DNA from: Thermoproteota archaeon
Lineage (GTDB): Archaea; Korarchaeota; JAOZGF01; JAOZFZ01
DNA: 34,249 bases
Assembly (NCBI GenBank): GCA_027492035.1
Contig: JAOZFT010000010.1
Coordinates: 1-34,249, forward strand
Direction of reading: 5' to 3'
The notes under the pieces were generated by a model. It was not told the origin of the DNA, did no database searches, and saw nothing but the letters and a program-made list of their open reading frames with translations. A program made the position numbers and the translations under genes. The stretch's first letter is position 1, and the number at the start of each line of letters is the position of its first letter. Below are positions 27,427 to 34,249 of the stretch, piece after piece.

Positions 27427-27840
27427 TTAAATGTCTAACTTGGTTAAGATGTCCTTTTTCCTTTTACATTCAATGCATAGCCCTGTTTTTGAGTCATAAC
27501 AGCTTTCACACACATAGGCTCCGCAGAAGCTGCACTGATTTAGTTTTTTAAGAAGCCCTTTTTTAGCTTCAAGCTTAACATCCTCTGATTCTTCAACAAA
27601 AAAGTCTTTTGATTTTACCTGTTTCCCGCAAACTTCACAGTTGAAACTGTAGTAAGCGTAGTCAGAATGCTCAATCTTTTTCAATTCAATGGGGGGTGGT
27701 TTGTTTGGTTCCCTTATTTTTATTACTCCAGGGATTATGCTCTCTTCACGTAACTCCCCAGGTAGGATTTCTATCTCTAAAACTGCTACTATTTTGGAGC
27801 CGCAGTAGGGACACTTGAATTCTTTCGTTACTTTAACCAT
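27427..27840 (-). CDS. Hypothetical multi-CxxC zinc-finger protein
   Basis: Five CxxC pairs (CPYC, CEVC, CSFC, CESC, CIEC); 8-nt overlap with the upstream gene's stop. Confidence 0.8.
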   Translation of the reverse strand: MVKVTKEFKCPYCGSKIVAVLEIEILPGELREESIIPGVIKIREPNKPPPIELKKIEHSDYAYYSFNCEVCGKQVKSKDFFVEESEDVKLEAKKGLLKKLNQCSFCGAYVCESCYDSKTGLCIECKRKKDILTKLDI

Positions 27841-28753
27841 TCACTTTCATCTTTTTGCGTTCAATCATAGTTAAAACAAGATTTAAGACTATTAAAATAA
27901 AGAGGATGATTTCAAATGCTGAAATGTTTCCCTTCTCAAATACTTTTAACTCCAAAGAATTGCTTGTAATTTCAGGGTTGTAATAGGAAATTAAATAGTT
28001 CCTGGTAGGTGAAACAAAGAAGTAACTTGGTCTAGTTTCCTCCACCATTAAATTTTCAGGTATAAATACTTCTACTTTGGCTTCGAAAGGAGAAACCTTT
28101 AGACATTTCCCTATTTCAAGGGTTTCTTTAGTTAGCCCATGTTCAATTTTTAATTGTGAAGCAGTGACTTTTACGTTAGCAAGCAAACCAGTCATTACTG
28201 AGCTGTAATGGAAAGAATTAACCTTTACAAAGTTGTTTTCAGGTTTTTTAACTGATACGTTAAAAATGAACTCCATATACCCCCAGAAAGTTAGGGTGGG
28301 AAAGTGAATCAGGCTTGAGTTGAAATAAGTAAGTTGGAAACTGTACGGAAGAAAAGGTTCAGCTAATTTTAAAGCTAAACTTCCCTTGTTTTTAATTAAG
28401 TTTTCATACAGTTCCCTTATTGTCCAAATTTTCCCTTTAACTATTTTGTATTCTTCACCGTGTGCAATATAGTTCTTGAGATGGAAAACACCTTTTAAAG
28501 AGTCTCTTTCCTTTTTTAAATCAAGAAAAGCTTCAGCCCTTGAAGGAGTGAAAGGAAAACTTTCAATTACATGTTTCCCCTTTATTTTTATGTCCGCTGT
28601 ATCAACATTGTTTAAAACAATTTCATAAGAAAGCTTATTCTTTGTGTTTGAATAATAAAGGAAGTTGACGTAGAGGAAAGGAAGAAGTGTTAGAGTTGAA
28701 AGCAGTATGATGAGGGATATTAAAATCTTTAAGTTTCGTGTATTTAATTTCAT
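27833..28753 (-). CDS. Hypothetical membrane protein (N- and C-terminal TM helices around a soluble domain)
   Basis: 306-aa ORF; hydrophobic ILISLIILLSTLTLLPFLYV and AFEIILFILIVLNLVLTMI; GGGGG RBS-like run upstream. Confidence 0.75.
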   Translation of the reverse strand: MKLNTRNLKILISLIILLSTLTLLPFLYVNFLYYSNTKNKLSYEIVLNNVDTADIKIKGKHVIESFPFTPSRAEAFLDLKKERDSLKGVFHLKNYIAHGEEYKIVKGKIWTIRELYENLIKNKGSLALKLAEPFLPYSFQLTYFNSSLIHFPTLTFWGYMEFIFNVSVKKPENNFVKVNSFHYSSVMTGLLANVKVTASQLKIEHGLTKETLEIGKCLKVSPFEAKVEVFIPENLMVEETRPSYFFVSPTRNYLISYYNPEITSNSLELKVFEKGNISAFEIILFILIVLNLVLTMIERKKMKVNG

Positions 28754-28873
28754 CGATGTAACCCCCTTTTTAAGTTTTGAAGTGAAGGGCTGGAAAAGAC
28801 ACAGTATTCTAAATCTTTTTAAATTTGATCAACGTTCAAACCTCTTTCTAAAAAAGAAAAAAGAAGGAAGTTT

Positions 28874-29215
28874 TTAAATGTAGTCTCTCCATTTCCTCCT
28901 TTCGTCGGAAGGTATCATTAAGTTTTCTCTCTCCTTCAATACTTCCTTTTCTAAGTCAAATGTTTTCTGTTTACTCTTCATTTTAAACCTGCATTTTCCA
29001 TCTGGCAGCATAGCTCTCTTTACACAGAAACCGAACTTACAAGCTGAACCAATACACGCCTCCTGCGCCCATGTACACCAAACTGTCTTCTTCAGACTAT
29101 GAGTTTCCATTTTCAATGCCCTTTTGCCGCATCTGAAATATTTACAGAGAGGGGTGCAAAATTCAGAACGGGACTCCATTTTCTCTTTACTTCCTATACT
29201 CTTCATGGAATTCAC
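28874..29215 (-). CDS. Hypothetical Cys-rich protein (8 Cys)
   Basis: CTPLCKYFRC...WCTWAQEACIGSACKFGFC..RAMLPDGKC pattern; GGAGG RBS before GTG. Resembles a TACK-type conserved hypothetical (from memory, unverified). Confidence 0.78.
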   Translation of the reverse strand: MNSMKSIGSKEKMESRSEFCTPLCKYFRCGKRALKMETHSLKKTVWCTWAQEACIGSACKFGFCVKRAMLPDGKCRFKMKSKQKTFDLEKEVLKERENLMIPSDERRKWRDYI

Positions 29216-29417
29216 TTTTCCTCCATAAAATTCACAGGGAACAGAGGAAAAAGTTTCTACTCATTTCTAAATTTTCAGTATTGCTTATGGTTCTCTGTTG
29301 ATCAATGAAAAATTTTAGAGGTCGAAACAAGACCAATACTTAAATCCTCCACCGGTTACTAACACATTCCATAAATTGGAACTTATTTTTCTTTTTAAAA
29401 ACTGGAAAATTTAAATT

Positions 29418-29447
29418 TTTCTTCCCTCCTTAACCGAAGGGAAGAAA
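29418..29447. other. 10-bp perfect inverted repeat (hairpin)
   Basis: TTTCTTCCCT-N10-AGGGAAGAAA, about 58 nt downstream of the helicase stop. Confidence 0.5.
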
Positions 29448-29467
29448 GAAACATTTCGAAACATTTC
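29448..29467. repeat. Tandem 10-bp direct repeat GAAACATTTC x2
   Basis: Read directly; each unit is quasi-palindromic (GAAA-CA-TTTC). Confidence 0.6.
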
Positions 29468-29504
29468 CCCACACACTTTTTAATAAGACATATCTGGAAA
29501 TATT

Positions 29505-32051
29505 TTAGGCATAAGATTTACTTATTTTTGGAAGAGTTTCTTCACAAACTACCTTTCCTCCGCTGAGTATTTCCCTCAAGGATTCAACTGCACCAAGCTT
29601 AAATAATGGCTTATTGTTGTTTCCACATTGGTAACTGTATGTACATTTGGGGCAGCCATCTACTCTTTTACAGCTGCATTTCTCCAGAATGAAAAGGCTT
29701 CTTTTGAAGGCCTCTTCTATTTTGTCATAGAGAAGTTTCGTTAATCCATTTCCTCCTACGCAGCCATCGTAAACAACTATGTAGCCTGTGTCACCCAGTG
29801 AAACCCCACCCATTTCCTTGCTTCCTCCACCTGTTAACATATTACTACTCTCTATCAATACGTGTTCAACTGCGTGGAAGACACCTGAGAAAATGTCCCC
29901 ATATTCTTCTTTCCAGTAACCTCGTGAAAGGATTTCTTCTATTTTTCTCCTAGGTTGAGGAGCTTTAAAAAATAACCCTTTAGTTTTATAGGTGTAAACT
30001 AATGGCTTTTCCAGCCCCTTTTCAAGGATGGTTTTCTGAGTGTTGATTTCCTTTACGAAATAGCCTTCAACAATTTCTGAAACTTTTAAGTCGCAGTAAG
30101 AAACTTCTGTGTTCCAAACCTTCCTTTTCTCTATTACTTTTATAACTGATGGAAGAGTGTATCTTTTAGCTATGGTGTAATAGGGGTAATCAGGGCTAAG
30201 TTTATCCACTTCGCTTCTTCCTGTACCTTTTGTAAAAGAGAATTTTCTTGAAACATAAATTTTTCCTCCATGCAAGTAAACAGCCCCTGGAAAAAGCTCT
30301 CTCATTGCTAAAGGCATTTCTCTTTCACCTATCGTTTTCTTTCCATAGAAAATGTATACTTTTTCACCTATCCCTCGTATGCTGTACCTGCTTAGTATTT
30401 TACGGGCTTTTACGAACTCAGGGTAAAATCTCCCTCCTATCTTGGAAACTAGCTTATTCTTAATTAACTGATTTAAAACCTGCCTAAATTCAGAGAATTC
30501 TTTTTCTACCTCGTCTTTACTTAAGGGCTTATCTAAACAAGCTGCTAATAATTGGTGCTTAGCAACTACAGGGTTTTTCGGTTCAACATATGCTGGGTCT
30601 ATGTCTTTGAAGAAGTCATCCGGTCTTTCATGGTAATATAGACTTATCTGGTCGTTGTCTTTTAGTACAAGAAAGGCTACACCTTCCTGACCCTCCTTAC
30701 GAGCAGCCCTCCCTATTCTTTGAAGAAACCTTGTGAAACCTATTGGGGTGGAAATTACTGCTTGGAGATTACCTATATCTATTCCAAGTTCCAAAGTTGG
30801 AGTTGAAACTATAGCGTTTAACTCCCCCGTTAGAAATTCCTTTTCAACTTCTCTCCTGTGCTTTTTAGGTAAACCAGCCCTGTGAATATTAACTTTCACT
30901 TTAGCCCTCCTAATTGCCTTATTCAGTATTTCAGCGAATAGGTGACTATTGGTGAAAACAAGGAATTTATAATCTTTCCTGCTTAATTTTTTCGCAAGCG
31001 AAACTATGAGGGTTGTTGAACTTACCTTTTGCGGGAAAAGTATTAAAACATGTAAGTTGCCTCTTCTGCCACTTGGTTCCCCAATAACTTCTACTTTATC
31101 TTCAATAAGAGCTTCAACAAACTCTTTTGGGTTTGCAATTGTTGCTGAGGAGCAAATGAATTTCAGATTACCTGTAAACCTCTTCATCCTTTTAAGTATA
31201 AAGTATACATTTGAACCGAAAGCTCCAGTGTAAGTGTGGATTTCATCTATAACAACGTATTTAACGGTTTTAAGAATTTGAAAGAAGGAGGTCTGGTTCA
31301 TTAAATGATAATTTAAGACATCGAAATTGGTTATTACAATATCTGGAGGAGAATTAATTATTTCCTTTCTTTTCCTGTAAGGAGTGTCACCGTCAAAAAT
31401 TCCCACTTCCACACCAACATGTTTCGATAGAAACTTTATTTTTCTCAGTTGATCTCTAGCTAGTGATTTTGTTGGGTAAATGAACAAAGCTTTTACACCT
31501 GGACTGTTGCTTGCTTGCCTTATTAATTGGAGAATAGGTACTGTGAAAGCTTCTGTTTTTCCTGTCCCGGTTGGCGCAACAATCACTACATTACTGCCTT
31601 CAATTACTTTATTTAACGCCTCTTCTTGAAATTTGAAGAAATGTTCTATCCCACTTTCTTTCAAACCCTTAACTAGGTCTCTATCTAAATTCGTTTCTTC
31701 AACTTTGCTCCCTAACTTTATTTCTCCACTTCTAAAAAATTTATAGGTGACCACTTCACAATTTGGACTTAAAAAAACCTCTTTAATTAAGGAAGGAAGT
31801 TCTCCAAGTTTTAAACCTTGTGAAGAAACAAGTTTACGTATTTTTTCCAATTTATTTTCTCGCTTTAATTTCTCTTTCCGCTGAGCCTTCAGCATCATAG
31901 CTACGAATTCATTGTAGGCTTCTTTTTCAGTTTTCACGTCTAAGCTTGTCATTAAATGTTTTCTACAATGTTTACAAACTACCAAGTAACCAGCATTAAG
32001 GGAAATCCTTTTTATTTGTAAAGGGTTACGGCATTTAGGGCACTTAAACAT
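29505..32051 (-). CDS. SF2 DEAH-box helicase with C-terminal DUF1998 (SftH/MrfA/Hrq1-like) and N-terminal Zn ribbon
   Basis: Q motif FKFQ, APTGTGKT, YPTKSLARDQ, DGDT, DEIH, SATIAN, HRAG, LELGIDIG, QRIGRAAR; HAVEH...YDG..GGNG...CSC....GCPKC; N-terminal CPKC/CKHC. Confidence 0.95.
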   Translation of the reverse strand: MFKCPKCRNPLQIKRISLNAGYLVVCKHCRKHLMTSLDVKTEKEAYNEFVAMMLKAQRKEKLKRENKLEKIRKLVSSQGLKLGELPSLIKEVFLSPNCEVVTYKFFRSGEIKLGSKVEETNLDRDLVKGLKESGIEHFFKFQEEALNKVIEGSNVVIVAPTGTGKTEAFTVPILQLIRQASNSPGVKALFIYPTKSLARDQLRKIKFLSKHVGVEVGIFDGDTPYRKRKEIINSPPDIVITNFDVLNYHLMNQTSFFQILKTVKYVVIDEIHTYTGAFGSNVYFILKRMKRFTGNLKFICSSATIANPKEFVEALIEDKVEVIGEPSGRRGNLHVLILFPQKVSSTTLIVSLAKKLSRKDYKFLVFTNSHLFAEILNKAIRRAKVKVNIHRAGLPKKHRREVEKEFLTGELNAIVSTPTLELGIDIGNLQAVISTPIGFTRFLQRIGRAARKEGQEGVAFLVLKDNDQISLYYHERPDDFFKDIDPAYVEPKNPVVAKHQLLAACLDKPLSKDEVEKEFSEFRQVLNQLIKNKLVSKIGGRFYPEFVKARKILSRYSIRGIGEKVYIFYGKKTIGEREMPLAMRELFPGAVYLHGGKIYVSRKFSFTKGTGRSEVDKLSPDYPYYTIAKRYTLPSVIKVIEKRKVWNTEVSYCDLKVSEIVEGYFVKEINTQKTILEKGLEKPLVYTYKTKGLFFKAPQPRRKIEEILSRGYWKEEYGDIFSGVFHAVEHVLIESSNMLTGGGSKEMGGVSLGDTGYIVVYDGCVGGNGLTKLLYDKIEEAFKRSLFILEKCSCKRVDGCPKCTYSYQCGNNNKPLFKLGAVESLREILSGGKVVCEETLPKISKSYA

Positions 32052-32220
32052 GTTAAATTATCTCCTAAGGCTATGTTTCACCTTAAAAGGAAAAAAAATA
32101 AACTTTTTCTTTTCAACCCTAACTCTTTTTCAAAAAATTGCTAAATAAATTTTAATACTCCCACACCTTTAAAAAATAAAGGACTTTCCTGAGGAAATTA
32201 AAGGAAAAGAGGAATAAATT

Positions 32221-33798
32221 GTGGACTTTGTTGAAATGCTGAAACTTGGAGAGCATGACAACATAGAATTCAAGCTCTCTCTAGAAACAAAAACCCACCT
32301 GTTAACTGAGAAAAAGGAGAAATTAGCAAGTCAAATGAAATACAGATTAGAGAAGGGGAAAGGGAAGGCTGTCTATGTACTAGGCGTAAGTGACAAGGGG
32401 GAACCGGTGGGTTTAAATAGGTACGAGTTTGAGGAGTCACTGTCAGTTCTGAAGGTGTTAGCAGCTGAAAACTCAGCAAAAATAGTTTCTGTTGAAAGAT
32501 ACAGGATAAACCATAAATTAATTGGTAAAATAACCATTGAAAAGGAACTGAATGGAAAAATAAATTTGGTGATAGCAACTGCTGGTCACGTGGATAGCGG
32601 GAAGTCAACGTTGATTGGTTCTTTGGTTTCAGGTTTACCTGATGACGGAGCCGGGAAAACAAGGCTTTTCTTGGATACCTTGCCCCATGAAATAAAGAGA
32701 GGTTTGTCAGCTGAGTTATCCTACGCTGTTTATGGTTTTAAAAACTCTAAACCTATTAAGTTGATGAACCCTCTCGATAAGAAAGAGAGGGCAAGGGTTG
32801 TTGACGAATCTGATAAAATTGTTAGCTTTGTTGACTGCGTAGGACATGAACCTTGGCTTAGAACCACAATTAGGGGGTTACTAGGTCAACAAATAGATTA
32901 TGGACTGTTGACAGTCGATGCAGATGTTGGGGTTACAAGGGTAACAAAAGAACATTTAGGGATACTTTTAGCGATCAATAAACCCGTGATAGTTACTTTA
33001 ACAAAAATAGATAAGTACCCTCAAGAGAAGGTGAGGGAAGTAGAAAACGAACTTGAGAGAATTTTGAAATATGTAGGCAGAATCCCTATTAAAATAAAGA
33101 CGGTGGAGGATATACCTCTAGTAATAGATAAAATGGAGGCTGTAACTCCTATAATTGAAGTTTCAACAGTAACAATGAAAGGTTTAGATTTATTAGATGA
33201 ATTATTGAAGGTTTTACCTCCAAGGAAAAGGGAAAGAGACAAACCATTCCTAATGTATATAGACAAAATATACAACATAGAGGGGGTTGGTGCGGTAGTT
33301 ACCGGCACAATAAAACAGGGGGTGTTGAAGGAGGGGGAAGAATTACTTATAGGGCCTGACAAGCATGGAAGATTTAGAAAAACAAAAGCCATGTCAATAG
33401 AAACCCACTACAGAAAAATAAAAACAGTTGAAGCAGGCTTCCTTGTAGGAGTGGCTTTAAGAGGGATAAACCCAAAAGAGATTGAGAGAGGAATGGTTCT
33501 TTGCGATTTAAAGTACAAGAAACAACTTAGAAATGTGAAGGAATTCATTGCAGAAGTGCTTGTTCTAACACATCCGACGAGAATAACCACAGGTTATGAG
33601 CCTGTGGTTCACATCCAAACAATTAGTGAAACTGTTAAATTTGAATGTTTAGATAAGAAGTATTTGAAAGCTGGAGAGACAGGTAAAGTTAAAATGACCT
33701 TTAAATACGGGTCCCATTTTGTGGAGAAGGGGGACAAATTGATTTTCAGGGAAGGACGGGCAAAAGGAATAGGGAAAATTCTGGAGATTGTGAAATGA
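32221..33798 (+). CDS. Archaeal GTPBP1/2-family translational GTPase
   Basis: N-terminal NIEFK...LASQMKYRL..GKG.AVYVLGV.D.G domain, GHVDSGKS, RGLS, DCVGHEPWLRTT, TKID, EF-Tu-like domains II/III ending FREGRAKGIG. Confidence 0.93.
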   Translation: MDFVEMLKLGEHDNIEFKLSLETKTHLLTEKKEKLASQMKYRLEKGKGKAVYVLGVSDKGEPVGLNRYEFEESLSVLKVLAAENSAKIVSVERYRINHKLIGKITIEKELNGKINLVIATAGHVDSGKSTLIGSLVSGLPDDGAGKTRLFLDTLPHEIKRGLSAELSYAVYGFKNSKPIKLMNPLDKKERARVVDESDKIVSFVDCVGHEPWLRTTIRGLLGQQIDYGLLTVDADVGVTRVTKEHLGILLAINKPVIVTLTKIDKYPQEKVREVENELERILKYVGRIPIKIKTVEDIPLVIDKMEAVTPIIEVSTVTMKGLDLLDELLKVLPPRKRERDKPFLMYIDKIYNIEGVGAVVTGTIKQGVLKEGEELLIGPDKHGRFRKTKAMSIETHYRKIKTVEAGFLVGVALRGINPKEIERGMVLCDLKYKKQLRNVKEFIAEVLVLTHPTRITTGYEPVVHIQTISETVKFECLDKKYLKAGETGKVKMTFKYGSHFVEKGDKLIFREGRAKGIGKILEIVK

Positions 33799-34249
33799 AG
33801 GAAACAGAACCTAAAGTCACAAAAGAAAAAGAGGTTAATGAGGAAAGAATTGAAATCTGGGGAGACAGCTACATCAACGCAAACTTTTACTTTTTAAACA
33901 AAAAAAAGAAATTGATTGCTGTTTCTGACTTACATTTAGGGTTTGAAGAAGCAATTATTGAGGAAGGAATTTATCTACCTCCCTTCCAAATAAAAATTGT
34001 TATGGAGAAGCTTCGAAAAATAATTAAAAAGGAGAAACCTAAAATTTTCCTAATAAATGGAGATTTAAAACATGAATTCGCCCGCACACTTTACGTGGAA
34101 GTAAAAGAAATAAGGAATCTTTTAGAGTATTTAACAAGTAAAGTAAAGGAAGTTGTTTTGGTTCGCGGAAACCACGACAACTTCATCAAAGGATTCATTA
34201 AATCATTCGGAATAGAATTCCTTGAACAATTCGAAACAGAAGACATCCT
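33795..34249 (+). CDS. 3'-truncated metallophosphoesterase (calcineurin-like, archaeal SbcD-related/ICC-like)
   Basis: Absent from the ORF track because it has no stop in the window. ATGA overlap with GTPBP; translates MKETEPK...IAVSDLHLGFEE...INGDLKHEF...LVRGNHDNF. Confidence 0.92.
   Translation, partial: MKETEPKVTKEKEVNEERIEIWGDSYINANFYFLNKKKKLIAVSDLHLGFEEAIIEEGIYLPPFQIKIVMEKLRKIIKKEKPKIFLINGDLKHEFARTLYVEVKEIRNLLEYLTSKVKEVVLVRGNHDNFIKGFIKSFGIEFLEQFETEDI

Noticed and set aside
2041-33590. Numerous short antisense or alternate-frame ORFs in the track (e.g. 8821-9240, 22449-22805, 24590-24958, 26254-26739, 32270-32662, 33021-33392)
   Set aside because: They lie wholly or largely within well-supported genes, carry no recognisable motifs, and look like antisense shadows.
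32221-33798. SelB or EF-1A
   Set aside because: The N-terminal extra domain and GHEPWLRTT/TKID motifs fit GTPBP1/2; no tRNA-Sec or in-frame UGA genes were seen.
1-34249. CRISPR arrays, IS elements, rRNA, C/D-box sRNAs, defence islands
   Set aside because: No regularly spaced repeats, transposase motifs, rRNA-like tracts or intergenic box C/D pairs were noticed by eye; small RNAs could be missed without a covariance search.

Overview
AT-rich archaeal chromosomal segment. It is most consistent with a TACK-type lineage such as Bathyarchaeia or a relative; this is inferred from the intron-containing tRNA, TgtA, CarS, CofE, archaeal GTPBP and a TM + zinc-ribbon surface protein. The window is densely coding, with about 32 CDS (two truncated by the window edges) and one tRNA-Cys(GCA). 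No CRISPR array, integrase or transposase was seen. Most genes are housekeeping: nucleoside/pentose-bisphosphate metabolism (AMP phosphorylase, R15P isomerase, Prs, a 6-oxopurine-type nucleoside phosphorylase), tRNA modification (TgtA, TrmI), ether-lipid synthesis (CarS, CDP-alcohol phosphotransferase), nucleic-acid processing (SfsA, stand-alone LigD 3'-phosphoesterase, macrodomain, TopA, DUF1998 helicase, metallophosphoesterase) and a thiolase-DUF35-ACAD operon. The most unusual locus is around 11.9-12.6 kb. It holds a tRNA-Cys with a canonical intron plus an apparent 11-nt D-loop intron, directly behind a cysteine-free thioredoxin-fold gene, at a sharp A/C-rich to G/T-rich strand-composition switch. 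Other points of interest: an acyl-CoA dehydrogenase lacking both known catalytic glutamates, a DRG GTPase with a degenerate G3 motif, a trio of uncharacterised Cys-rich/membrane genes, and frequent TTG/GTG starts. All assignments come from reading motifs by eye; no database searches were run.
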